This document shows, piece by piece, positions 50,904 through 63,831 of a stretch of DNA of 64,000 nucleotides. A model generated the notes under the pieces. That model was not told the origin of the DNA, made no database searches, and worked only from the letters and a program-made list of their open reading frames with translations. The stretch spans positions 11,409 to 75,408 of the forward strand of contig JBGQEL010000012.1 in the NCBI GenBank assembly GCA_041496385.1, written 5' to 3'. This stretch comes from Candidatus Methylomirabilia bacterium (GTDB lineage: Bacteria > Methylomirabilota > Methylomirabilia > Rokubacteriales > CSP1-6). The number at the start of each line of letters is the position of its first letter. Within the stretch, counting starts at the first letter, position 1. The position numbers and the translations under genes are program-made.

Positions 50904-51701
50904 GTGATAGCTCTCGCCGGACTCACGTCTCCCCGGGCCGCGCGGCTCGCGCGCGACCCGCGTGTCGTGGTGCTCCTACCGCTCGGGGCCATCGAGCAGC
51001 ACGGCCCGCACCTGCCTCTCGTCGTCGATCTGCTGGGGGCCGAGGAGCTCGCGCGCAGGATCGCGCCGCACCTCCGGCGCGCCGGCTTCCGTCCCGTGCT
51101 GGCCCCGGCCATCCCGTACGGCGTCAGCACGCTCGCCGTCGGCTGGCCGGGCACCGTGTCGCTGTCTGCCGGCACGCTCCGCCGGCTCATCGTCGAGGTC
51201 GTGCGGCAGCTCGCGGGCCACGGGTTCCGCCGCGTCGTCCTCACCAACTACCAGGCGGATCCCGACCATCTGCGCGCCATCGCCGCCGCGCGCCGCGAGC
51301 TCGGGCACCGCCGCGGATTGCGCGTGCTCGTGGCCGGCTTCGCGCCGGCGGGGCGCCGGAGCACGCCCATGGTCAACGCGCGCGTGCGAGCCCTCTTGAG
51401 GAGCCCGAATGCAGGGGCGGAGTGGCACGCGGGCGAGCTCGAGACGGCGATGGTCCTGGCGGTTGACAGGCGGCTCGTCCGGCAAGGTCTCGTGCGGCGC
51501 CTGCCGCCGTGCTGGGTCGACGTCGGCGGGGCACTCGCGCGCGGCGCGCGGAACTTTCGCCAGATCGCCCCCGGCGGCCGGGGCTACTTCGGCTGGCCAC
51601 GCGCCGCGCGCGCGACGACCGGACGGAAGGCGATGGTGCTGCGCGGGCGCCTGATCGCCCGCGAGCTCGTCCGCGCGCTCGGAAAGCCCCGCCGTCCTTG
51701 A
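50904..51701 (+). CDS. creatininase-family amidohydrolase
   Basis: 265 aa; LLPLGAIEQHGPHLPL motif typical of the creatininase/ArfB family. Confidence 0.7.
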   Translation: MIALAGLTSPRAARLARDPRVVVLLPLGAIEQHGPHLPLVVDLLGAEELARRIAPHLRRAGFRPVLAPAIPYGVSTLAVGWPGTVSLSAGTLRRLIVEVVRQLAGHGFRRVVLTNYQADPDHLRAIAAARRELGHRRGLRVLVAGFAPAGRRSTPMVNARVRALLRSPNAGAEWHAGELETAMVLAVDRRLVRQGLVRRLPPCWVDVGGALARGARNFRQIAPGGRGYFGWPRAARATTGRKAMVLRGRLIARELVRALGKPRRP

Positions 51702-51815
51702 CGCTAACGGCGCGGCGCGTTAGAGTGATCCGTCATACAGCGCGCCATCCCGCGCGCACGAGTGCGCGCACGGGTGGAACGCGAGACGATATGTGAGAAT
51801 CGGGAGGAGGCGCTG

Positions 51816-54073
51816 ATGTTCGCCGAGCAGATCCGGTCCCTGTACGCCTCGATGCCGGAACGTCTCGCTCGCGCGCGCAAGGCGTTCGGCCGCCCGCTCA
51901 CGCTCACCGAGAAGATCCTCGCCGCGCACTGCTGGGACTTCGACCGCCAGACGTGGGAGCGGGGCAAGGCGATCCTCCGCCTGCGGGTCGATCGCGTGGG
52001 CCTGCAGGACGTGACCGGGCAGATGGCGTTGCTGCAGTTCATGCACTCGGGGCGGCCGCGCGTGGCGGTGCCCTCGACGCTCCACTGCGATCACCTGATC
52101 CGCGCCGAGAGCGGCAGCGCGGACGATCTCGCCCGCGCCATCAAGGAGAACGAGGAGGTCTACGACTTCCTCCGCTCCACGTGCCGCAAGTACGGCATCG
52201 GCTTCTGGCGGCCGGGCGCGGGGATCATCCACCAGGTCGTGCTCGAGAACTACGCCTTCCCCGGCGGGCTCATGATCGGCGCGGATTCGCACACGCCGAA
52301 CGGCGCGGGCCTCGGCATGCTTGCGATCGGCGTCGGCGGCGCCGACTGCGGCGAGGTGATGGCGGGCCTGCCGTGGGAGGTCCTGCACCCGAAGCTGATC
52401 GGCGTGCGCCTCACCGGCAAGCTCTCGGGCTGGACCGCGGCCAAGGACGTCATCACGTACCTCTGCACGCGCCTCACGGTGAAGGGCGGCACCAACAAGA
52501 TCGTCGAGTACTTCGGGCCCGGCGCCGAGTCGATCAGCGCGACGGGCAAGGGGACCATCGGCAACATGGGCGCCGAGCTGGGCGCGACGACGTCGGTCTT
52601 TCCGTTCGACTCGCGCATGGCGGCGTACCTCCGCGCGACCGAGCGCGCCGACGTCGCGGCGCTCGCCGAGGAGTTCCGTGAGCACCTGACGCCCGACGGG
52701 GAGGTCCTGGCGAGCCCGAAGACCTTCTACGACGAGCTGGTCGAGATCAACCTGGACGAGCTGGAGCCGCACGTGGTCGGTCCACACTCGCCCGACCGCG
52801 GGCGCCCGATCAGCAAGCTGGCGGCCGAGGTGAAGGAGAACGGCTGGCCCGCGAAGATCACCAACGGGCTCATCGGCTCGTGCACGAACTCCTCCTACGA
52901 GGACATGCGGCGGGCCGCCCACGTGGCGACGCAGGGCATCAAGGCCGGGCTCCGCGCCAAGATCCCGTTCCTGGTCACGCCGGGCTCCGAGCGGATCTAC
53001 CAGACGATCAAGCGTGACGGGCTCATCGAGACCTTCCAGAAGATCGGCGGCACGGTGCTCGCCAACGCGTGCGGGCCCTGCATCGGCCAGTGGAAGCGGA
53101 GCGACGTCAAGGCGAGCGAGGCCAACACGATCGTCTCGTCGTTCAACCGGAACTTCCCCGGCCGCAACGACGGCAGCGCCGCGACGCTCTCGTTCCTGAC
53201 GAGCCCCGAGCTGGTGACGGCGCTCGCCTTCGCCGGCACGCTCGAGTTCGACCCCGTGCACGGCACGCTGACGACGCCCGACGGCAAGCCCTTCCGCTTC
53301 ACGCCGCCCGAGGCCGAGGAGCTTCCGCGCGACGGCTTCGCCGGCGGCGCGGAGGGCTACGAGCCGCCCGCGGCCGACGGCGCGTCCGTCCAGGTCATCG
53401 TGCGGCCCGACAGCGAACGCCTCCAGCTCCTCCAGCCGTTTCCGAAGTGGGACGGCAAGGACTTCGTCGATCTGCCCATCCTGGTCAAGACCAAGGGCAA
53501 GACGACGACGGATCACATCTCGCCCGCCGGCCCCTGGCTCCGCTTCCGCGGCCACATCGACAAGATCAGCGACAACATGTTCCTCGGCGCGACGAACGCG
53601 TTCACCGGCGAGGCGGGCAAGGGCGTCAACCCGCTCACCGGCGAGGCCGGCCAGCCGTTCACCAAGATCGCGCGCGACCTCAAGGCCAGGGGCGTCCGCT
53701 GGATCGTCGTCGGCGACGAGAACTACGGCGAGGGGTCGAGCCGCGAGCACGCCGCCATGTCGCCGCGCTATCTCGGCTGCGTGGTCGTGCTGGTCAAGAG
53801 CTTCGCGCGCATCCACGAGACGAATCTCAAAAAGCAGGGCATCCTGCCGCTGACGTTCAAGGACCCGCGCGACTACGACCGCTTCGACGCGCCGGATCGC
53901 GTGAGCGTGACCGGCCTCGCGGCGCTCGCGCCCGGCCGGCCCGTCCGCGTGACGATCCGTAAGCCCGACGGGCGGACGGAGACCATCGAGGCGCTCCACA
54001 GCCTCACCGACGAGCACATCGCGTGGTTCAAGGCCGGGTCGGCGCTCAACGCGGCCCAGGGGGACAGGACGTA

Positions 54074-54074
<1 letters not shown>
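51816..54074 (+). CDS. acnA: aconitate hydratase (monomeric, ~750 aa type)
   Basis: From ATG 51816 (GGGAGGAGG RBS) within ORF 51762..54074. Fe-S ligand cysteines ([17 protein letters not shown]) and SR substrate motif. Confidence 0.9.
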
Positions 54075-56312
<2,238 letters not shown>

Positions 56313-56342
56313 AACCCCACCCGCCCGGCGTGGCTGGAGGCG

Positions 56343-56897
56343 ATGATGGCGAAGCGAGCGAGAGCCAGGAAGCGAGTGAAGCCCGCGCGGCGTGGGGCGC
56401 GCCCGGCGCGCCGCGCGCGCGTCGCCCCGGTGCCCGCCGGCTACCACACGGTGACGCCGTATCTCACCGTCGACGACGCCGCCCGGGCGCTCGACTTCTA
56501 CGCGCGCGCCTTCGGCGCGCGCGAGACCGAGCGCATGCCAGGACCCGGCGGCCGGATCATGCACGCCGAGCTCCGGATCGGGAACTCGATCATCATGCTC
56601 AGCGACGAGTTTCCGGGGATGAGCACGTGCCGGTCGCCGAAGTCGCTGGGCGGGACGACGGTCCAGATCTTTCTCTACGTGCCCGACGTGGACGCCGCGT
56701 TCAAGCGCGCGGTGGACGCCGGCTGCCGGGTCACGATGCCGCTCGCCGACATGTTCTGGGGCGACCGCTACGGCAAGCTCGAGGATCCGTTCGGCACCCA
56801 GTGGGGTCTCGCGACCCACCGGGAAGACGTCACGCCGCAGCAGATCAAGACGCGCGGCGCGGCGGCGATGGCCGCCATGACCGCGCCGCAGGCGTAG
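56343..56897 (+). CDS. VOC (glyoxalase/bleomycin-resistance) family protein with Arg/Lys-rich N-terminal tail
   Basis: 184 aa; PhnB/YdhH-like VOC fold pattern (TPYLTVDDAARALDFYARAFGA). Confidence 0.65.
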   Translation: MMAKRARARKRVKPARRGARPARRARVAPVPAGYHTVTPYLTVDDAARALDFYARAFGARETERMPGPGGRIMHAELRIGNSIIMLSDEFPGMSTCRSPKSLGGTTVQIFLYVPDVDAAFKRAVDAGCRVTMPLADMFWGDRYGKLEDPFGTQWGLATHREDVTPQQIKTRGAAAMAAMTAPQA

Positions 56898-56909
56898 CCG
56901 GGGGCGGCG

Positions 56910-57752
56910 ATGCGCGACATCCACTCGAGCGCCATCAGCGACGCGGTCAAGAAGCTCTGCATCGACGCCAACCTCGAGCTGGAGCCCGACATGCTGCGCG
57001 CGTTCGACCGCGCGCTCCGGACCGAGCGCTCGCCGGCCGGCAAGCAGGTGCTCCAGACCCTGAAGGACAACGCCGAGATGGCGCGGACGCGGCGCATCCC
57101 GTACTGCCAGGACACGGGCTTCGTCGTCTGCTTCGTCGAGCTGGGCCAGGACGTCCACATCACGGGTGGCGCCCTCGACGAGGCCATCAACCAGGGCGTG
57201 CGCCAGGGATACACGGAGGGCTACCTCCGCGCCTCCATCGTGCGCTCGCCCTTCGACCGGGTGAACACCGGCGACAACACGCCGGCGGTGATCCACGTGG
57301 ACATCGTCCCCGGCGCGACAATGAAGATCATGGTCATGGCCAAGGGCGGTGGCTGCGAGAACCGGTCGAAGTACAAGATGCTGACGCCCGCCGAGGGGAC
57401 GCAGGGCGTGAAAGACTGGATCCTCGAGTGCGTGCGCACGGCCGGGCCCGACGCGTGCCCGCCGCTCATCCTGGGCGTCGGCGTCGGCGGGACCTTCGAG
57501 AAGTCGGCGATCCTGTCGAAGAAGGCGCTCTTCCGCGAGCTGGGCTCGCCGCATCCCGACGCCGTCATCGACGTCCTCGAGAAGGAGCTGCTGGACCAGG
57601 CGAACCGCCTCGGGATCGGGCCGCAGGGCTACGGCGGCGACACGACGGCGTTCGGCATCCACATCCTCACGTACCCGTGCCACATCACCTCGCTGCCGGT
57701 CGCGGTCACGATCGAGTGCCACGCCCACCGGCACAAAGAGGTCACGCTGTGA
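56910..57752 (+). CDS. class I (Fe-S) fumarate hydratase, alpha subunit (N-terminal domain)
   Basis: 280 aa; Fe-S hydro-lyase alpha region (CQDTGFVVCFVELGQD). Confidence 0.85.
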   Translation: MRDIHSSAISDAVKKLCIDANLELEPDMLRAFDRALRTERSPAGKQVLQTLKDNAEMARTRRIPYCQDTGFVVCFVELGQDVHITGGALDEAINQGVRQGYTEGYLRASIVRSPFDRVNTGDNTPAVIHVDIVPGATMKIMVMAKGGGCENRSKYKMLTPAEGTQGVKDWILECVRTAGPDACPPLILGVGVGGTFEKSAILSKKALFRELGSPHPDAVIDVLEKELLDQANRLGIGPQGYGGDTTAFGIHILTYPCHITSLPVAVTIECHAHRHKEVTL

Positions 57753-57776
57753 GGCGGCGCCTCACGGAGCGGGCGC

Positions 57777-58355
57777 ATGGTTAAGACGGCGGCTGACGGG
57801 ATCAAGGAGATCGGGACCCCGCTCTCGGACAGCGACGTCGAGGGGCTCAAGTCCGGCGACCGCGTCCGGATCACCGGCGTCATCTACACGGCGCGCGACG
57901 CGGCCCACGGGCGCCTGCTCCCGTTGATCGAGCGGGGCGAGAAGCTCCCCATCGACGTGCGCGGGCAGATCATCTACTACACGGGGCCGTCGCCCGCGTT
58001 GCCGGGCACCATCGTCGGCTCGATCGGCCCGACCACGGCGAGCCGCATGGACAAGTTCATGCCGGCCCTCCTGAAGCTCGGGCTCAAGGGGACGATCGGC
58101 AAGGGCTACCGCTCCCAGCCGGTGAAGGACGCGCTCCGCCAGCACAAGGCCGTGTACTTCGGCGCCATCGGCGGCGCGGGCGCCGTGCTCTCGCAGTTCG
58201 TCAAGAAGGTCGCGATCGTCGCCTACGAGGACCTGGGCACCGAGGCGATCCGGCGCCTCGAGGTCGAGGACTTTCCCGCGATCGTCGTCAACGACTGCCA
58301 CGGCGGCGATCTCTACCAGGACGGCATGAAAGCGTACGCGAGGGAGAGCACATGA
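57777..58355 (+). CDS. class I fumarate hydratase, beta subunit (C-terminal domain)
   Basis: 192 aa; TtdB/FumA C-terminal-domain pattern (RITGVIYTARDAAH...GPT). Confidence 0.85.
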   Translation: MVKTAADGIKEIGTPLSDSDVEGLKSGDRVRITGVIYTARDAAHGRLLPLIERGEKLPIDVRGQIIYYTGPSPALPGTIVGSIGPTTASRMDKFMPALLKLGLKGTIGKGYRSQPVKDALRQHKAVYFGAIGGAGAVLSQFVKKVAIVAYEDLGTEAIRRLEVEDFPAIVVNDCHGGDLYQDGMKAYAREST

Positions 58356-59146
58356 TCCGTCACGCGGTGGAACAGGCGCGGCCCCCGATCGCGGCGACCC
58401 ATCTTCGTCGGGACGCCTGGTGGGCGCTGCCGGTCACGGTCGTGATCGTGCTCGGCTCGTTCATCGTCTACTCGACCTGGGCGGCCTTCCAGAACGCGCA
58501 CTACTACGTCGCTCCGTACCTCTCGCCCTTCTACTCGCCGTGCCTGTCCCAGACCTGCCAGCACCTCACGTTCGGCGCCGGCCTCCCCGACATCTCGTTC
58601 CCGATCATCGGGGTGGTCTCGCCCGCGTTCCTGATCCTCTGGGGCCCGGGGCTCTTCCGCCTGACCTGCTACTACTATCGCAAGGCGTACTACCGGTCGT
58701 TCTGGCTGGCGCCGGCGGCGTGCGCCGTGCGGGACGTCAAGCGCGGGTACACGGGCGAGACGCGCTTCCCCCTGGTCCTTCAGAGCTTCCACCGGTACGC
58801 CTGGTACGTCGCGGTGATCTTCATCGTGCTGCTCACCTGGGACGCGGTCCTGGCGTTCCGGTTCCCGGACGGCTTCGGGCTCGGCGTCGGGACGATCGTC
58901 ATGTGGATCAACGTGGTGCTGCTGGGCGGCTACACGTTCTCGTGCCACTCCTGCCGCCACGTCTGCGGCGGGCACGTGGACACCTTCTCGAAGGCGTCCT
59001 CCCGCTACGCGCTCTGGCACGTCCTCAGCCGGCTGAACGAGAAGCACCCGAACTACGCGTGGCTCTCCCTGTTCAGCGTGGGGCTCACCGATCTCTACAT
59101 CCGGCTGGTGTCCATGGGCATCATCCGCGACCTGAGGATCTTCTAG
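58352..59146 (+). CDS. sdhC: succinate dehydrogenase/fumarate reductase cytochrome b membrane anchor
   Basis: 264 aa; 5 TM segments with conserved His; ATG overlaps the fumarase-beta stop (ATGA); directly followed by sdhA. Confidence 0.7.
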   Translation: MIRHAVEQARPPIAATHLRRDAWWALPVTVVIVLGSFIVYSTWAAFQNAHYYVAPYLSPFYSPCLSQTCQHLTFGAGLPDISFPIIGVVSPAFLILWGPGLFRLTCYYYRKAYYRSFWLAPAACAVRDVKRGYTGETRFPLVLQSFHRYAWYVAVIFIVLLTWDAVLAFRFPDGFGLGVGTIVMWINVVLLGGYTFSCHSCRHVCGGHVDTFSKASSRYALWHVLSRLNEKHPNYAWLSLFSVGLTDLYIRLVSMGIIRDLRIF

Positions 59147-60946
59147 ATGGCCGCCGCCGACTACGAAACACACGAGCACGACGTCCTCGTCATCGGCGCC
59201 GGGGGCGCGGGCCTGCGCGCGGCCATCGAGGCCGCGGCGCAGGGCGTCTCGGTCGGCCTCGTCTGCAAATCGCTCCTCGGCAAGGCGCACACGGTCATGG
59301 CCGAGGGGGGCATCGCGGCCGCGCTCGGCAACGTGTGGCCCGAGGACAACTGGCAGGTGCACTTCCGCGACACGATGCGCGGCGGCAAGATGCTGAACAA
59401 CTGGCGCATGGCGCAGCTGCACGCGCAGGAGGCGCCCGAGCGCGTCCTCGAGCTGGAGCGCTGGGGCGCGCTCTTCGACCGCACCAAGGACGGCCGGATC
59501 CTCCAGCGCGATTTCGGCGGCCACCGCTACGCACGGCTCGCGCACGTCGGCGACCGGACCGGCCTCGAGATGATCCGAACGCTCCAGTACCACGGCATCC
59601 ACCAGGGCATCGACGTCTACATGGAGTGCAAGGTCGAGCGCCTCCTGAAGGACGGCAACCGCGTGTGCGGCGCGTTCGGCTACTGGCGCGAGACCGGCAA
59701 GTTCGTCGTCTTCAAGGCGAAGGCGATCGTGATCGCGACGGGTGGCATCGGCAAGGCGTGGAAGATCACGTCGAACTCCTGGGAGTATACCGGCGACGGC
59801 CAGTCGCTGGCGCTCTGGGCGGGTGCGGACCTGATCGACATGGAGTTCGTCCAGTTCCACCCGACGGGCATGATCTGGCCGCCCTCGGTGCGCGGCATCC
59901 TCGTGACCGAGGGCGTGCGCGGAGACGGCGGGACCCTCAAGAACAACAAGGGCGAGCGGTTCATGTTCAACTACATCCCCGAGTTCTTCAAGAGCGAGAC
60001 GGCCGACAACGAGGCCGAGGCCGACCGCTGGTACGAGGACAAGAATAACCGCCGCACGCCGGACCTCCTGCCGCGCGACGAGGTCGCCCGCGCGATCGAC
60101 AGCGAGGTGAAGGCCGGCCGCGGGACGCCGCACGGCGGCGTCTTCCTCGACATCTGCACGCGGCGGCCCGCCGACTACATCAAGAAGCGCCTGCCCTCCA
60201 TGTACCACCAGTTCAAGGAGCTGGCGGACGTGGACATCACCAGGGAGCCGATGGAGGTCGGGCCGACCTGCCACTACGTCATGGGCGGCGTCCGGGTCGA
60301 CGCCGACAGCGCCGCGGCGAACGTGTCCGGCCTCTTCGCGGCCGGCGAGGCGGCGGGCGGCATGCACGGCGCCAACCGCCTCGGGGGCAACTCGCTCTCC
60401 GACCTGCTCGTCTTCGGCCGGCGGGCGGGCCTGCACGCGGCGCTCTACGCGAAGAACAGCGGCGGCCAGCTCGTCGTGGACGCGGGCCAGGTCGAGGCCA
60501 TCGCGCGCGACGTGATCGCCCCGTTCAACCGCGCGCAGGGCGAGAACCCGTACGCGATCCAGGCCGACCTCCAGGCCACGATGCAAGCGCTGGTCGGCAT
60601 CATCCGGACCGAGAGCGAGATGCAGGAGGCCCTGCGGAAGATCGAGCAGCTGAAGGCTCGGGCCGAGCGCGTCGGCGTGGACGGCAACCGCCAGTACAAT
60701 CCCGGCTGGCACACCGCCCTGGATCTGAAATCGCTCCTGACGGTCGCCGAATGCTGCGCCCTGGCCGCGCTCGAGCGCCGGGAGAGCCGCGGCGGCCACA
60801 CCCGCGACGATCATCCCTACACCGACGACCAGTGGGGCAAGGTCAACATCGTGCTGCGCCAGCGCGACGGCGCCGTCCGGCTGACCCGCGAGCCGCTGCC
60901 GGAGATGCCCGCGGAGCTGAAGTCGCTCTTCCAGGAGAGAAAGTGA
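59147..60946 (+). CDS. sdhA: succinate dehydrogenase flavoprotein subunit
   Basis: 599 aa; FAD-binding VLVIGAGGAGLRAA, the covalent-FAD His region, HYVMGG. Confidence 0.9.
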   Translation: MAAADYETHEHDVLVIGAGGAGLRAAIEAAAQGVSVGLVCKSLLGKAHTVMAEGGIAAALGNVWPEDNWQVHFRDTMRGGKMLNNWRMAQLHAQEAPERVLELERWGALFDRTKDGRILQRDFGGHRYARLAHVGDRTGLEMIRTLQYHGIHQGIDVYMECKVERLLKDGNRVCGAFGYWRETGKFVVFKAKAIVIATGGIGKAWKITSNSWEYTGDGQSLALWAGADLIDMEFVQFHPTGMIWPPSVRGILVTEGVRGDGGTLKNNKGERFMFNYIPEFFKSETADNEAEADRWYEDKNNRRTPDLLPRDEVARAIDSEVKAGRGTPHGGVFLDICTRRPADYIKKRLPSMYHQFKELADVDITREPMEVGPTCHYVMGGVRVDADSAAANVSGLFAAGEAAGGMHGANRLGGNSLSDLLVFGRRAGLHAALYAKNSGGQLVVDAGQVEAIARDVIAPFNRAQGENPYAIQADLQATMQALVGIIRTESEMQEALRKIEQLKARAERVGVDGNRQYNPGWHTALDLKSLLTVAECCALAALERRESRGGHTRDDHPYTDDQWGKVNIVLRQRDGAVRLTREPLPEMPAELKSLFQERK

Positions 60947-61701
60947 TGCCGACCTTCACGATGCGCGTGTTCCGTGGAGACGCCAAGGGCGGCGACTTCA
61001 AGGAGTACCGCGTCGAGGCCGAGGAGGGCATGGTCGTCCTCGACGTGATCCACCGCCTCCAGGCCACGCAGGCCAACGACCTCGCCTGCCGCTGGAACTG
61101 CAAGGCGGGCAAGTGCGGCTCCTGCAGCGCCGAGATCAACGGCAAGCCCCGCCTGATGTGCATGACCCGGATGAACCTCTTCAAGGAGGGCGAGGCGATC
61201 TCGGTCGCGCCGATCCGCGCCTTCCCGATCATCCGCGACCTCGTGACCGACGTCTCGTACAACTACCGGAAGGCGAAGAGCGTCCCGCCGCTGCGGCTCA
61301 AGCCGCCGGAGCCCGACGGCACCTACCGGATGATGCAGGAGGACATCGATCGCATCCAGGAGTTCCACAAGTGCATCGAGTGCTTCCTCTGCCAGGACGT
61401 CTGCCACGTGATCCGTGACCACGAGGAGCTCAAGCCGGCGTTCGCCGGGCCGCGGTTCTTCATCAAGATCGCCGGGCTCGAGATGCACCCGCTCGACGCC
61501 GCGGACCGGACGGAGTTCCTGAAGGCGCAGGCCGGCGTCGGCCTCTGCAACATCACCAAGTGCTGCACCGAGGTGTGCCCCGAGCACATCCACATCACGG
61601 ACAACGGCATCATCCCGCTGAAGGAGCGGATGGCCGACCGCTTCGATCCGGTCGTCTGGCTCCTGCGGAAGTTCCGGGGCGCGAAGCAGCAGCCCGCGTG
61701 A
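60946..61701 (+). CDS. sdhB: succinate dehydrogenase iron-sulfur subunit
   Basis: From ATG 60946 (MPTFTMRVFRGD...), overlapping the sdhA stop (TGATG). 2Fe-2S, 4Fe-4S and 3Fe-4S Cys motifs (CRWNCKAGKCGSC, CIECFLCQDVC, CTEVCP). Confidence 0.9.
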   Translation: MPTFTMRVFRGDAKGGDFKEYRVEAEEGMVVLDVIHRLQATQANDLACRWNCKAGKCGSCSAEINGKPRLMCMTRMNLFKEGEAISVAPIRAFPIIRDLVTDVSYNYRKAKSVPPLRLKPPEPDGTYRMMQEDIDRIQEFHKCIECFLCQDVCHVIRDHEELKPAFAGPRFFIKIAGLEMHPLDAADRTEFLKAQAGVGLCNITKCCTEVCPEHIHITDNGIIPLKERMADRFDPVVWLLRKFRGAKQQPA

Positions 61702-62864
61702 AGATCCACGAGTTCCAGGCCAAGGCGCTGCTGCGCGAGTTCGGCGTGCCGGTGCCCGCCGGCGACGTCGCGACCTCGCCGGCCGCCGCGCGGGCCGTCG
61801 CGGCCCGGCTTGGCGGGAAGGTGGTCGTGAAGGCCCAGGTGCACGCCGGGGGCCGCGGCAAGGCGGGCGGCATCAAGCTCGCCGACGATCCAGCCGCCGC
61901 CGAGGCGGCGGCCGCGGCCATCATCGGCATGCGGCTCAAGACGCCGCAGACGCCCCCCGAGGGCATCCAGGTGCGCTCGGTGCTCGTCGAGGAAGCCTCG
62001 CTGGTCGAGCGCGAGCTCTATCTCTCGATCGCGCTCGACCGCGGCCGGAGCGCGCACGTGGTGATGGCCTCGCAGGCGGGCGGCATGGAGATCGAGGAGG
62101 TCGCCGCGCGCACCCCGGAGAAGATCCTCCGCGAGTGGGCCCACCCGGCGCTCGGCCTCGCCGACTTCCAGGCGCGGCGGCTGGCGTTCGGGCTCGGGCT
62201 CGCCGCCGAGGCGTTCAAGCAGGGCGTGAGCCTGATCCGGAGCCTCTTCGCGCTCTACCTCGCCAGGGACTGCTCCCTCGCCGAGATCAACCCGCTCGTC
62301 GTCACGCGTGACGGCCGCGTGCTGGCGCTCGACGCCAAGCTCAACTTCGACGACAGCGCGCTCTCCCGGCACAAGGAGATCGCCGCCCTGCGCGACATCC
62401 ACGAGGAGGACCCGCTCGACGTCGAGGCGTCGAAGTACGGCCTGAACTACATCAAGCTCGACGGCAACGTGGGCTGCATGGTCAACGGCGCCGGCCTCGC
62501 GATGGCGACGATGGACATCGTGAAGCTCGCGGGCGGCGAGCCGGCCAACTTCCTCGACGTGGGTGGCGGCGCCTCGCCCGAGCAGATCGAGAACGCCTTC
62601 CGCATCCTCGCGTCGGACCCGTCGGTGAAGGCCGTCTTCATCAACGTCTTCGGCGGGATCCTTCGCGTGGACCGGCTGGCCGAGGGGATCATCGGCGCGG
62701 TGAAGAAGCTCGGGCTGCGGCTGCCGGTGGTGCTGCGCGCCGAGGGCACGAACGTGGAGATCGGCAAGAAGATGCTCGCCGAGTCCGGCCTCCCGCTCGT
62801 GATGGCCGACGACATGGCCGACGGCGCGCGCAAGGTCGTGGCGCTCGCGAAGGGGGCCCCCTGA
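61698..62864 (+). CDS. sucC: succinyl-CoA synthetase beta subunit
   Basis: From GTG 61698 ([20 protein letters not shown]...), overlapping the sdhB stop (GTGA). ATP-grasp and CoA-ligase domains. Confidence 0.9.
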   Translation: MKIHEFQAKALLREFGVPVPAGDVATSPAAARAVAARLGGKVVVKAQVHAGGRGKAGGIKLADDPAAAEAAAAAIIGMRLKTPQTPPEGIQVRSVLVEEASLVERELYLSIALDRGRSAHVVMASQAGGMEIEEVAARTPEKILREWAHPALGLADFQARRLAFGLGLAAEAFKQGVSLIRSLFALYLARDCSLAEINPLVVTRDGRVLALDAKLNFDDSALSRHKEIAALRDIHEEDPLDVEASKYGLNYIKLDGNVGCMVNGAGLAMATMDIVKLAGGEPANFLDVGGGASPEQIENAFRILASDPSVKAVFINVFGGILRVDRLAEGIIGAVKKLGLRLPVVLRAEGTNVEIGKKMLAESGLPLVMADDMADGARKVVALAKGAP

Positions 62865-63733
62865 GCGTCCTCGTCTCGCGGGCCACGCGCGTCGTCGTCC
62901 AGGGCATCACGGGACGCGAGGGGGCGTTTCACGCCGCCCGCTGCAAGGAGTACGGCACCACGGTCGTGGGCGGCGTGACGCCGGGGAAGGGCGGCACGAC
63001 CCACGAGGGATTCCCCGTGTGGAACACCGTGGCCGACGCGGTGGCGAGCGAGCGGGCGAACTGCGCGCTCATCTTCGTCCCGCCGGCCGCCGCGGCCGAC
63101 GCGATCATGGAAGCCGCGGCCGCCGGCGTGCCCCTCGTGGTCTGCATCACGGAGGGGATTCCCGTCGCGGACATGGTGCGCACGAAGCACTATCTCGCGA
63201 CGCAGCCGACGCGGCTGATCGGGCCGAACTGCCCGGGCGTGATCACGCCGGATGAGGCGAAGGTCGGCATCATGCCCGGCCACATCCACAAGCGCGGGCC
63301 CGTCGGCGTCGTCTCGCGCAGCGGCACGCTGACCTACGAGGTCGTGGGCCAGCTCACCGGCCGTGGCATCGGCCAGTCCTCGTGCGTGGGGATCGGGGGC
63401 GACCCCGTGAACGGCACCAGCTTCGTGAACGTGCTCGGGCTCTTCGCCGACGATCCCGAGACGCGGGCGATCATGATGATCGGCGAGATCGGCGGCACCG
63501 CCGAGGAGGAAGCCGCGGTGTTCATCCGCAACCACGTCAAGAAACCGGTGATCGCGTTCATCTGCGGCCAGACGGCGCCGCCCGGCCGCCGCATGGGTCA
63601 CGCGGGCGCCATCATCGCGGGGGGGAAGGGGACGGCCGCCGAGAAGATGGCGGCGCTGGAGGCCGCCGGGGCCACCCTCGTCCGCAGCCCGGCCGACATG
63701 GGCGCGACCGTCGCCGCGGTCTTGCAGAGGTGA
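62861..63733 (+). CDS. sucD: succinyl-CoA synthetase alpha subunit (apparent CTG initiation codon overlapping sucC stop)
   Basis: Conserved N-terminus [45 protein letters not shown] aligns residue-for-residue with [21 protein letters not shown]...[10 protein letters not shown] of SucD. There is an in-frame TGA at 62801 and no ATG/GTG/TTG between it and CTG 62861; the track ORF began only at internal M 62966. Confidence 0.85.
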   Translation: MSVLVSRATRVVVQGITGREGAFHAARCKEYGTTVVGGVTPGKGGTTHEGFPVWNTVADAVASERANCALIFVPPAAAADAIMEAAAAGVPLVVCITEGIPVADMVRTKHYLATQPTRLIGPNCPGVITPDEAKVGIMPGHIHKRGPVGVVSRSGTLTYEVVGQLTGRGIGQSSCVGIGGDPVNGTSFVNVLGLFADDPETRAIMMIGEIGGTAEEEAAVFIRNHVKKPVIAFICGQTAPPGRRMGHAGAIIAGGKGTAAEKMAALEAAGATLVRSPADMGATVAAVLQR

Positions 63734-63831
63734 GCAGAGGTGAGAACGAATAGCGCCATGCGAAACGCAGCCAGCGCGTATCTGTCTCAGGCCACCCACC
63801 GGGTGCCGCCGGCCTCGCGGGCCCCGCTCCA

